Part shown: positions 9,203-18,338 of the stretch, one piece after another
Layout: each line of letters begins with the position of its first letter
How positions within the stretch are numbered: the stretch's first letter is position 1
DNA from: an uncultured Cryomorphaceae bacterium
GTDB taxonomy: Bacteria; Bacteroidota; Bacteroidia; Flavobacteriales; Schleiferiaceae
Direction: 5' to 3'
Assembly (NCBI GenBank): GCA_913043005.1
Contig: CAJWKU010000004.1
Location: 22,981-86,980 of the forward strand
Length of the DNA: 64,000 bases
Translations under genes and position numbers: made by a program
Notes under the pieces: generated by a model
The model's input: only the letters and a program-made list of their open reading frames with translations
The model's database searches: none
Told to the model about the DNA's origin: nothing

Positions 9203-10451
9203 GTTTGGTAAATATACGCGGGGACTTCACCTTGGCCTTGTTTTTTTGATTTTTACACAGGTTTTATTCAGTCAAGTAAATCATGACAAGAATATATATT
9301 TTGAAAAAGCGGGAGCCGTTAGATTAGAATCATATGATCATTTGTTAAAAGGAAAGAGAATAGGCGTAGTAGCACATGCACCCTCTCTGAGTCAAGGGGA
9401 ATGGGATGATATTAATTCCATAATAGTTGATAACTCAAAATATTTAGAACCTATTCATACTGTAGATAGATGTTTACGAAATGGTTGGAATGTTATACGA
9501 ATATTTTCACCTGAACATGGATTTAGAGGGGTCGCACCAGCAGGTGAAGTTGTTTTAGATGATATGGATCCTATATCCGGCTTACCGATAACCTCTTTAT
9601 ATGGGTCACATAAAAAGCCTACAAAAAATGATTTAAAGGATTTAGACGTTGTTATTTTTGATTTACAGGATATTGGAGTACGTTTCTACACTTATATATC
9701 CACACTTTCCTATGTAATGGAAGCTTGTGCGGAAAACGGAAAATTGCTTATTGTTCTTGATAGACCAAATCCTTTTTCTTCAGTTGTCGAAGGACCAATA
9801 TTGGATACCTCTAATACTTCATTTGTGGGAATGCATCCAATTCCAATATTATATGGATTAACAATTGGTGAGTATGCGCTTATGACCAAAGGAGAAGGTT
9901 GGATTAATGATGCATCTAAATTGAATCTAAAGGTTTTAACGATTCCAAATTATAATAGAGAATCATGGTATTCTCCAATTCCTCCATCACCTAATCTCCC
10001 GAATATCCAATCTGTAAGACTATATCCCTCTTTGTGTCTATTTGAGGCTTGTCCCGTATCGGTTGGTAGAGGGACAAATTATCCATTTCAAATAATTGGA
10101 GCTCCTTGGTGCATTGGCAAGTCGTTTTCTTTTAAACCTATGCCAAACTTAGGCTCAAAGTATCCAAAATTTAATAATCAAATATGCCATGGCGAAGATT
10201 TAAGCGATTTAAAACTCTTTACTACTGGCTTTGATTTAAAATATATTATTGATTATTATAAGGAATGGAAAAAAAACAATTCCAATTCAGAAAAATCATT
10301 CTTTTCTCCATTTTTTGACAAACTTGCTGGTTCAAGCGCACTTAAAAATCAAATCCAAGATGGTGTCGAACTTGAGAAGATAGAGGCAAGCTGGAGTATT
10401 AAGTTAGAGGACTATAAGAAAAATATCAGAAGTAAATATCTTTTGTATTAG
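9201..10451 (+). CDS. DUF1343 family protein (exo-beta-N-acetylmuramidase NamZ-like)
   Basis: Characteristic stretches are RIGVVAHAPS, IFSPEHGFRG, VIFDLQDIGVRFYTYISTL and VLDRPNP. I moved the start to MFGKYTRGLHLGLVFLIF, which gives a signal peptide. Confidence 0.75.
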   Translation: MFGKYTRGLHLGLVFLIFTQVLFSQVNHDKNIYFEKAGAVRLESYDHLLKGKRIGVVAHAPSLSQGEWDDINSIIVDNSKYLEPIHTVDRCLRNGWNVIRIFSPEHGFRGVAPAGEVVLDDMDPISGLPITSLYGSHKKPTKNDLKDLDVVIFDLQDIGVRFYTYISTLSYVMEACAENGKLLIVLDRPNPFSSVVEGPILDTSNTSFVGMHPIPILYGLTIGEYALMTKGEGWINDASKLNLKVLTIPNYNRESWYSPIPPSPNLPNIQSVRLYPSLCLFEACPVSVGRGTNYPFQIIGAPWCIGKSFSFKPMPNLGSKYPKFNNQICHGEDLSDLKLFTTGFDLKYIIDYYKEWKKNNSNSEKSFFSPFFDKLAGSSALKNQIQDGVELEKIEASWSIKLEDYKKNIRSKYLLY

Positions 10452-12814
10452 AATTCAAAAATGAAGCCAACACTAGGTAAAACTGTCCCACTACTATTTG
10501 GTAGTGTTGTCGTTAAATATTGAGATGTGATATTAGGGTTTATGACAGGATTTCCTTCGCTATCTCTAACCACGTCAATAAATGCAGGACCATCAACAGA
10601 ATAAGCTAAAGCGTTTTGAATATCAAAATAGAGGTCCACATTGAATTTTTTCAGGAACCATTTTTTGTCTATCCGAATATTGAGACGATTAAATTCTTTG
10701 AAGCGCATTGAATTTAAATTATTATAATCGGGTATGCCACGGCCGAGAACATTCCAGTTCTGAATTGTCGCCGTTGCAGCTAGATCAAAAGGTGTATAGG
10801 GAGCTCCACCAAGTAGCTGATACTGACAACCAATTTCATAATTCTTACCAAACTTTTTCCCAAACGTAAATGTTGCAATAATTCCATTATCCCAGGAACT
10901 TGCTACATATTTATTGTCAATATCTTGAAACTCACTTCTAACTAAAGTTATCGCTGCAATTCCGAAAAACCCCTTGAATAATTTCTGCTGGTAAGTTAAT
11001 TCAAGACCGTATGCCCGTCCTTCAGAGGTTGCTGTGGCCAGCTGATTACCTATTACACCAAAATCACCGCCTGCTGTTCCTAATGAAATTGAGTCTCTGA
11101 GTAAAAAAGGATAATTACTATATCGTTTTAAGAAACCTTCGATACTTGTCTTAGCATTCCATGGCCAAAATTGGCTTGAGCCAAAAACAAAGTGTTCTGC
11201 TCCTATAAACGTGAGTTCGGAATTGTTTCCATCTGTTCCTGTATATCCAAGAGCAGTGTATGGTGGGATTTGATAGTACATTCCGTAGTTTCCGTCTAAA
11301 GTGATGTTTTCATTAATATTGTATGACAGAGCGATTCTTGGTGAAAGCTGATTTAATGGATTCATGGTGCTTTCATTAAAATCCATGATGTCTGTTCTGA
11401 TTCCTAAAGAAACTTTCAGTCTATCATCTGCAAATCTTCCAATAATATTAGCAAATACGTTAGCCTTATAAAAAACTCTATCTGCTGAATAGTTTAGCTC
11501 AAAGCCTCCAGGCAATCTTTTATCCAGAGTGGTTGTATTATACTTGGCTTGCTCAAATCCAAATCCAACCATAGATTCCCAACGACTACTTTTTCTCTCA
11601 TGCTCTAATCTGAATTTATTTTCTATCTCTTGAGAATTGTAGTCTAGAAGTTGTTCTAAATTTCGATCATTATCAACAAATTTTTCTGAGGTATTATCTA
11701 GCATAAATCGGCTTAATACTAAATTCGTTTTTCCTTTTTCCCCGAAATGTGTGTACTTCGCTCCAATAGAATAATTCCACTGAATATCTTCTGGTAAATA
11801 GTTTAGTATGTACTTTTGATCTGCTGAGTCATTTTCACCTAGATTCAACCTATTAACATCATAAGCACCTAGGCTTAAGATAGTTAATTGATTATTCCGA
11901 TTAAACTTATGTTTAATTTTAAACTGGTAATCATTGTAAGTGGGTAAAAAAGGGAGTCCAATCACCTTGAATAAAAACTGAAGATAGCTGCGCCTTACGG
12001 AAGCTAAATAAGTTGTTTTTTTATTGATAGGACCATCAAGGGTAAGTCCAACTTCTGACGCTCCTACTTGAAATATCCCACCTGTTTTGTCTGTTCTTCC
12101 ATCTTTAAGGTTTAATTCCATCACAGAACTTAAGCTATTGCCTCTTTGTGCAGGAAAGGCCGAAGTATAAAAGTCTACATCTCTTATGAAATTGACATTT
12201 ATCATTCCGACGGGCCCACCGCTTGCCCCTTGCGATGCAAAATGGTTAATTGCTGGGATTTCGATTCCATCTAAGTAAAATCTATTTTCATTCGGACCTC
12301 CGCCTCGAATAATTAAATCATTTCTGAATGCACCCCCAACACCACCTACTCCAGGAAGGGATTGGATTACTTTTGAAATATCTTGGTTTCCACCAGGATT
12401 CCTCTGAATTTCGTTGATACCAATACTTTGAACTGAAACTGGAGATTGAGCATCTCTAGTGAATTTCATCTGAGCACTAACTTCAACTTCTTCTAATTTC
12501 TGAGTAGCCTCTCTCAATTTAAAGTTTATTATCGCAGGCTTTACCAAAGTTAACTGAACTTCAAATTGTGTTTTAGCATTATAGCCGATAGTCTCAACCG
12601 TAACGTTAACAAGAGAAACAGGTAGGTCTTGAAAAGAAAATTCTCCGTTAATGTCAGTATAAGTTATTTCCTGGAGACCTTGAATTTGTATGATTGCTCC
12701 AGGTATCGGGTCATTATTTGCTTCGTCGACAACAGATCCCGAAAGGATAGCTTGAGCATTGGAGATCAAAGGAATAAATAAAGTGAAGAATAATACTTTT
12801 AGTAATCGCATCAT
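10448..12814 (-). CDS. TonB-dependent receptor with N-terminal CarboxypepD_reg domain
   Basis: It has a signal peptide, then a carboxypeptidase-regulatory-like domain (ILSGSVVDEANNDPIPGAIIQIQG...DINGEFSF). A plug (VIQSLPGV, IIRGG) and a long beta-barrel ending in F follow. Confidence 0.85.
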   Translation of the reverse strand: MMRLLKVLFFTLFIPLISNAQAILSGSVVDEANNDPIPGAIIQIQGLQEITYTDINGEFSFQDLPVSLVNVTVETIGYNAKTQFEVQLTLVKPAIINFKLREATQKLEEVEVSAQMKFTRDAQSPVSVQSIGINEIQRNPGGNQDISKVIQSLPGVGGVGGAFRNDLIIRGGGPNENRFYLDGIEIPAINHFASQGASGGPVGMINVNFIRDVDFYTSAFPAQRGNSLSSVMELNLKDGRTDKTGGIFQVGASEVGLTLDGPINKKTTYLASVRRSYLQFLFKVIGLPFLPTYNDYQFKIKHKFNRNNQLTILSLGAYDVNRLNLGENDSADQKYILNYLPEDIQWNYSIGAKYTHFGEKGKTNLVLSRFMLDNTSEKFVDNDRNLEQLLDYNSQEIENKFRLEHERKSSRWESMVGFGFEQAKYNTTTLDKRLPGGFELNYSADRVFYKANVFANIIGRFADDRLKVSLGIRTDIMDFNESTMNPLNQLSPRIALSYNINENITLDGNYGMYYQIPPYTALGYTGTDGNNSELTFIGAEHFVFGSSQFWPWNAKTSIEGFLKRYSNYPFLLRDSISLGTAGGDFGVIGNQLATATSEGRAYGLELTYQQKLFKGFFGIAAITLVRSEFQDIDNKYVASSWDNGIIATFTFGKKFGKNYEIGCQYQLLGGAPYTPFDLAATATIQNWNVLGRGIPDYNNLNSMRFKEFNRLNIRIDKKWFLKKFNVDLYFDIQNALAYSVDGPAFIDVVRDSEGNPVINPNITSQYLTTTLPNSSGTVLPSVGFIFEF

Positions 12815-12826
12815 TTAGTAAATGTT

Positions 12827-12856
12827 AAAAAAAAAACCAGCATAAGGCTGGCTTTT
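12827..12856 (-). terminator. Rho-independent terminator downstream of the DUF2911-like gene
   Basis: The hairpin ccagc-ataag-gctgg is preceded on the plus strand by a 10-nt A-run, which is a U-tract on the minus transcript. Confidence 0.6.
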
Positions 12857-12901
12857 AGATATCCTGAACAAACTTATTCATTTTTTAAACAAAAAAAACT
12901 C

Positions 12902-13756
12902 TTATAAGTTTTTAACGAATGATCGAATCTCATCCTCATAATTGAATTTCTCATTTTTTTCTTTAGCATTTTCTCGTCCCAATGATAATGCTATTTTAGC
13001 TGTTTTTTTTGCACCCTGATGATCGCCTTGGCTTGCCAAAATTTGAGCATATAAATAATTGCTATACCAATTATTAGGATCGTTTTTAATTACTTGATGA
13101 ATCAATTCTAAAGTCATATTTGGGTCCATATTGTTTTGGAAATAGAATCTTGCACTGTTCCTCTTTATTCTAAAATCTTCAGGGTTTTCGTCTAATGCCA
13201 TCATAATATTTTCTTGTGCCTGGCTTAAAGTCTCCACCTTTATAGGTGTTTTTACAAATGAATTCTTCCAAGAAATAACCAAGTTTACCCCTTCCGTAGT
13301 TATGTCCTCAAACCCCATGTAAAGAGTTTCTACTGAGCTTTGATTTTTCAATACAGGTAAATCAACTCTGGCAACATCTTTGCGAGAATTGTAACCATCT
13401 ATTCCCCACATATCAAAATTAGAGTTCAATATGATTGTCCAATTAGTCTCATTGACTATGGCGGATAGACTGTAAGTCCCAGCGGGAACTCGAGTTTCCC
13501 CTATGTAAGCATCTTTCGTAAAAGAAATAGTAGAATTTTTATTTGCTCCAAGTCGCCAGTGCTTACCAAATGGAATGAGATCTCCGAAAACATCTCTGTT
13601 TTTCACCGACGGTCTACTGTAACTAATTGAAAAATCAGTCAACCCAACTTGTTGAGATATCGTAGCTTTTGGAGATGCTTGAGGCAGTTCTTGCGCTAAG
13701 GCTTGGAATGAAATTGCAACAGCAATTGTAAAAAGTAATTTTTTCATAGTTTTCAA
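12902..13756 (-). CDS. DUF2911-like domain protein with C-terminal TPR-like region, exported
   Basis: It has a signal peptide (LLFTIAVAISFQALAQ). The region YSRPSVKNRDVFGDLIPFGKHWRLGANKNSTISF...VPAGTYSL...WTIILN follows. The helical C-terminus resembles TPR repeats. Confidence 0.55.
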   Translation of the reverse strand: MKTMKKLLFTIAVAISFQALAQELPQASPKATISQQVGLTDFSISYSRPSVKNRDVFGDLIPFGKHWRLGANKNSTISFTKDAYIGETRVPAGTYSLSAIVNETNWTIILNSNFDMWGIDGYNSRKDVARVDLPVLKNQSSVETLYMGFEDITTEGVNLVISWKNSFVKTPIKVETLSQAQENIMMALDENPEDFRIKRNSARFYFQNNMDPNMTLELIHQVIKNDPNNWYSNYLYAQILASQGDHQGAKKTAKIALSLGRENAKEKNEKFNYEDEIRSFVKNL

Positions 13757-13758
13757 AG

Positions 13759-15645
13759 TTAAAGTTTATCCATAGCTTTATTAATAAATGAGGTTAGTGC
13801 CTCTCCTTGAAGAAGATTTTGCTGCAATAACGCCAGATCTTTTGCATGATTTATGATTTCTCCCTTTTTTTTACCCTTTGCTTTGAGGATTTTTCCAGCA
13901 AGAGGGTGATTTACATTCATTACTAAATCATAAGTTTCTGGGAATTCATTCATTCCCATAAATCCTCCACCTCCTCCAGTAGCACTCATTTCTTTCATCC
14001 GTCGCATGAATTCAGGAATGGTAATTAACATTGGGACGTCATCACTCCCTAAGGCCTCCATTCTTACTGAATAAGTCTTACTGTCTAGCACAGATTCAAC
14101 ATTTTCTTTGAGGGTATCTTTTTCACTATCGGTAAGAATTGAGGTTCGATCTTCTCCTTTTGGAATAAGCTTGTCTAATAAATCTGAATCAACTCTTGCA
14201 AAACGAATTTTTTCTTGTGATGTTTCATGTTTTTGAATTGAGTGACCCGCAATAGGAGACTCAAGAAGAATCACATCGTAGCCTTCAGCTTTTGCCTTTT
14301 CGCTGTAGCTATGCTGTGCATCTTTATTTGACGTGTAAAGAATCACTCTTGTCCCATCCTTGTCAGTTTGAAGAGCTGATATCTTTTCAAGATATTCGTC
14401 CATTGTGTAATGCTTATCATCAATGATTGATTTAAACAAATTGAATTTTAGAGCTCTATCGTAGAATTTTTCTTCTGTAACCATACCATATTCTACGATT
14501 ACCTGGATATCCTTCCACTTAGATTCAAAATCTTCTCGGTTGCTTTTGAACATCTCTTCTAGTTTATCAGAAACTTTCTTAGATATGTGTCCACTGATTT
14601 TTTTCACGTTTCCATCAGCTTGCAAGTAGGACCGACTTACGTTCAATGGAATATCTTTTGAGTCAATTACTCCATGAAGAAGAGTTAAGAAATCAGGAAC
14701 TATACCCTCAACATTGTCAGTTACAAAAACTTGGCTTTGATATAGTTGTATTTTGTTTTTTTGTAACTCCATGTTCGGCTTGATTCTTGGGAAGAATAAT
14801 ATTCCCGTCAAGTCAAAAGGGTAGTCCACATTCATATGAATATGAAACAAGGGATCTTCAAATGTAGTAGGGTAGAGAGCCTTGTAAAATTTGTTGTAGT
14901 CACCATCGGATAAATCACTTGGACTTTTAGTCCAAGCAGGTTCGTCTTCATTGATGATGTCAGGGACCATACTTTTTTCAAGTTTTGGATCTTCTCCCTC
15001 TTTAGATACGTCAATCTCTAGTTCTTTTTCTCCAAATTGTATTGGAACACTCATGAATCGAGCGTATTTTTTCAAGAGTTCACGAATTTTAAACTCTTCT
15101 AAGAAATCTGTGCTGTCTTCACTGATATTTAAAATAATTTCAGTTCCTCTATCTTTTCTTTTCGATGCCGATAGTTTAAATTCAGGCGAGCCATCACAGC
15201 TCCAGTGAGCCCCTACTGTAGGTTCTTTCCAGGATGAAGTCTTTATTTCAACTTTACTGGAAACCATAAAACTAGAATAGAAACCTAATCCAAAATGACC
15301 AATCATCGCTCCTTTGTCGACTTTTCCCTCGTATTGTTTTACAAACTCTTCAGCACCCGAAAATGCTACATCATTTATATATTTTTGAACATCATCTTTT
15401 GACATTCCAATACCTCTATCAATTATCTTAATTTGCTTTTTCTTCTTGTCAAGAACAACTTTTATTGTTAGTTCACCAAGCTCGCCTTTGAATTCACTCA
15501 GGTTCGCTAGAGTTTTAATTTTATTCGTTGCATCTACCGCATTTGAAATCAACTCTCTAAGGAAAATTTCTTGGTCGCTGTAGAGAAATTTCTTAATAAT
15601 CGGAAAAATGTTGTCCGCTGAAACGTTTATTTTGCCTGTTGCCAT
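13759..15645 (-). CDS. htpG: Molecular chaperone HtpG (Hsp90)
   Basis: The GHKL ATPase motifs RELISNAVDA, DRGIGM and GHFGLGFYS are present. The protein is 628 aa. Confidence 0.92.
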   Translation of the reverse strand: MATGKINVSADNIFPIIKKFLYSDQEIFLRELISNAVDATNKIKTLANLSEFKGELGELTIKVVLDKKKKQIKIIDRGIGMSKDDVQKYINDVAFSGAEEFVKQYEGKVDKGAMIGHFGLGFYSSFMVSSKVEIKTSSWKEPTVGAHWSCDGSPEFKLSASKRKDRGTEIILNISEDSTDFLEEFKIRELLKKYARFMSVPIQFGEKELEIDVSKEGEDPKLEKSMVPDIINEDEPAWTKSPSDLSDGDYNKFYKALYPTTFEDPLFHIHMNVDYPFDLTGILFFPRIKPNMELQKNKIQLYQSQVFVTDNVEGIVPDFLTLLHGVIDSKDIPLNVSRSYLQADGNVKKISGHISKKVSDKLEEMFKSNREDFESKWKDIQVIVEYGMVTEEKFYDRALKFNLFKSIIDDKHYTMDEYLEKISALQTDKDGTRVILYTSNKDAQHSYSEKAKAEGYDVILLESPIAGHSIQKHETSQEKIRFARVDSDLLDKLIPKGEDRTSILTDSEKDTLKENVESVLDSKTYSVRMEALGSDDVPMLITIPEFMRRMKEMSATGGGGGFMGMNEFPETYDLVMNVNHPLAGKILKAKGKKKGEIINHAKDLALLQQNLLQGEALTSFINKAMDKL

Positions 15646-15741
15646 GTTTTATGAATTAGTTTCGTTTTCGCTATCAGAACAAGTGTTATGCCATTTTGTT
15701 ACAAAGTAACTATTATCGAAAATAACTGACAATTTGACGGA

Positions 15742-16437
15742 ATGAAATATCCACAACCCTATATTGCTGTAAGATTCATGACATTTTCGGGCTTTCGTTC
15801 TAGATGGAGAGCTTTTGTTGGAATGGGTTTAAATCTTCGTCATAAAATATCAGGTAAAGGTTTGATTTTTGGTAAAATGCTTGGAAGTGGTGCGGGGGAA
15901 GGTTTTTCGGTTTGGCCGGATTGGGGTACTTATGCTTGGTTTACTGTTTTTGATACAGAAGAGAATGCCTTAAGCTTTTTTGCTTCAGATAATATATTCA
16001 ATGACTTAGTGGCTTGTTCATCTTCTGTTTTTGGATGGGATGCAATTCCTTTAAAATGTCATGGTACATGGAACGGTATAAATCCTTTTGGAGAACTTTC
16101 GGAAATAAAGCATTCCGGTCAGCTTGCAGTCTTAACAAGAGCGAGTATCAAAAAATCTCAAGCTCTCCGTTTTTGGTGGAATGTACCGGCTGCGAGTAGG
16201 AACATCTCAAATCATCCTGGCCTCATTTTTTCCAAGGGAGTTGGAGAATACCCACTTTTAGAGCAAGCTACCCTTAGTTTATGGAATTCTACAGAGGAAC
16301 TTAATGAGTTTGCTTATAAAAGCCGGCAACATGCGCCAGTGGTAAAGAAAACAAGAAAATTTAATTGGTATTCAGAAGAACTTTTTCTTAGAATGATGGT
16401 CATCAAGAAATATGGGAAAATGATTGATAAAGAATGA
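15742..16437 (+). CDS. CrtA-like (spheroidene monooxygenase family) carotenoid oxygenase/hydroxylase
   Basis: By eye it resembles CrtA-family proteins along its length: KMLGSGAGEGFSVWPDW, VLTRASIK...LRFW, KGVGEYPLLEQATLSLW, NWYSEELF. This rests on memory of the family, not on a search. Confidence 0.5.
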   Translation: MKYPQPYIAVRFMTFSGFRSRWRAFVGMGLNLRHKISGKGLIFGKMLGSGAGEGFSVWPDWGTYAWFTVFDTEENALSFFASDNIFNDLVACSSSVFGWDAIPLKCHGTWNGINPFGELSEIKHSGQLAVLTRASIKKSQALRFWWNVPAASRNISNHPGLIFSKGVGEYPLLEQATLSLWNSTEELNEFAYKSRQHAPVVKKTRKFNWYSEELFLRMMVIKKYGKMIDKE

Positions 16438-16463
16438 CTCTCTCATCAAGAGCAAGATGTTTT

Positions 16464-17360
16464 CTAAATATAATTTTCAATTATTCTTTCTTCTATCTCA
16501 ATTGAATTTATCGAATCTAACTTAAGGTATTTCATAGCTTTGTGAGAGGTATCGAAATCTCGAAATGCAATTTTTGGCAACATTCCAATAAGTTCGGATC
16601 CATAAGTTGTAATGCCTAGATTTTCTGCTTCAATAAGTACTCTGTCATAGACTAATTTAGGTGTGCAAATATCAACATCTATAATATTACAACTAACTTG
16701 TGAAAGACCTAAATAGTCACAATACCATCCAATAGATTTTACTCCAGGTATCCCCGTAGCAGAACTTTCACGAATAATTCCTGCAATTTTTTTTGCTTGA
16801 AAAGTGTTGTTTTTCCCAAGGTGAATGTTATACGCAATTAAGAAATTTCTTACACCTAATGCCATTGCTCCAAAACGTGGATTAAAGTATCCAAAGTCAA
16901 ATTTATTTCTAGATTTCGAAAGCATCTCATACTGACCTTTTCGCACATTGCTCAATTCATAATTTTTAGGATTCACAGAGCTTTCTCTGTAAAGCCATCC
17001 ACCAACTTTAATTTTTTGGATTTCTATTTCTTTAAGTATATTCTGGATGCATTCATTTGCATCATCAATTGTTGATGGGTGGATTGGTATTATTGGACAA
17101 ACATCTAAGGATCCAATTCTTGGATGATTCCCCAAGTGCTTTCTCATATCAATATGAATTAGACATTTTCTTAATAAACCTATTACAGCTGAGGTAATTG
17201 ATTTATTGTCTCCGAGAAAAGTAAAAACTGTTCTATTGGCGTCATAGCCTTTATCTATGTTGATTAGATTGATTCCTGGTGAGCACAGTAATGAGGATTT
17301 GAAATCATTAATAATAGCGGTTTGACGTCCCTCGGAGATATTCGCAACACACTCTAACAT
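16464..17360 (-). CDS. Glutamate formimidoyltransferase (transferase domain only)
   Basis: The N-terminus MLECVANISEGR is typical of the FtcD transferase domain. At 298 aa there is no cyclodeaminase domain. Confidence 0.75.
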   Translation of the reverse strand: MLECVANISEGRQTAIINDFKSSLLCSPGINLINIDKGYDANRTVFTFLGDNKSITSAVIGLLRKCLIHIDMRKHLGNHPRIGSLDVCPIIPIHPSTIDDANECIQNILKEIEIQKIKVGGWLYRESSVNPKNYELSNVRKGQYEMLSKSRNKFDFGYFNPRFGAMALGVRNFLIAYNIHLGKNNTFQAKKIAGIIRESSATGIPGVKSIGWYCDYLGLSQVSCNIIDVDICTPKLVYDRVLIEAENLGITTYGSELIGMLPKIAFRDFDTSHKAMKYLKLDSINSIEIEERIIENYI

Positions 17361-17363
17361 GGA

Positions 17364-18338
17364 TTAGAAGTTAGGATTCTCACATCCTTTTATAAATGCA
17401 AGTAATGAGGCCACTGAGCTTTTTGCAACACTCATCTGCATTAATGGATCAATTAATGGAAGAGCAACTTCAGCTAAATGGATATAAGTGCATCTTCCAG
17501 TTTGTCCGGATTGATATGCGACATTGAATACCTCTTCCCATGACCATCCATGCTGAGTAGCAGCTGAGCTAGGACAATTTTTTATACCATCGGCGCATAT
17601 TTCAAGCCCAAAAACAGATGTTTGGCTTACATGTTTGAGTGCAATCTCTAATGACTTTAAAAATGTAGAAGTCCCCTTGTATACCCATGATTCGTAAGAA
17701 AAGTATTGCCAATCTGGGTTGCCCGTAAATTTTTTCAAACTTTCTTGATTTAATCCGTTTTCATGCATTCCCAAAACTGCATAGTTTTTTAGAATACCAT
17801 CTTCTTTAGCATATGAAAAAGGGTTACCGCTATGTCTACCTTCAAGGTTTCTACAATCAGGGTGAGGATCTAGATTTAGAGCATGGATTTTTTCTTTGTT
17901 TATAGTGCTTAGGGCTTTTAATAAAGGATATGCATTATTATGACCACCTCCTAGCACAAGAGGAGTTTTTCCCTTTTTGATCAAATTGGTTATTACTTGA
18001 AAAACTCTTTCGTCAACTTGTTCAACCAGTGATCTAAGCTCATTTTTGTCTTCAGGATAAAGATATTTATGAGAAAGCTCTTGAAGGTCCGATATATTTA
18101 CTTCTGACCAGCCAAATTTTTCTGCTGGAATAAATTTATTTACTTGAATGCTAGATATTGCCTTGTAAAAGAGAGAAGAATTACCTGCCGCCCCTGGTAT
18201 GCCTCCATTTGCTCTAACTCCTATGTCCTCTGGAATTAATAAAAATATATAGTCTCCATCGGAATCATTTTTTTGTTTAAGCAGGTCTCCTAGCTGTTTT
18301 TCACCTGGTCTGCTCTTGTGTGATTTGAACGGGTTCAT
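17364..18338 (-). CDS. hutG: Arginase-fold protein, formimidoylglutamase-like
   Basis: The arginase-family motifs are LGGGHNNAYP and LDPHPDCR. It lies between hutI and the formimidoyltransferase gene. The third metal motif looks atypical (LEICADG). Confidence 0.55.
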   Translation of the reverse strand: MNPFKSHKSRPGEKQLGDLLKQKNDSDGDYIFLLIPEDIGVRANGGIPGAAGNSSLFYKAISSIQVNKFIPAEKFGWSEVNISDLQELSHKYLYPEDKNELRSLVEQVDERVFQVITNLIKKGKTPLVLGGGHNNAYPLLKALSTINKEKIHALNLDPHPDCRNLEGRHSGNPFSYAKEDGILKNYAVLGMHENGLNQESLKKFTGNPDWQYFSYESWVYKGTSTFLKSLEIALKHVSQTSVFGLEICADGIKNCPSSAATQHGWSWEEVFNVAYQSGQTGRCTYIHLAEVALPLIDPLMQMSVAKSSVASLLAFIKGCENPNF

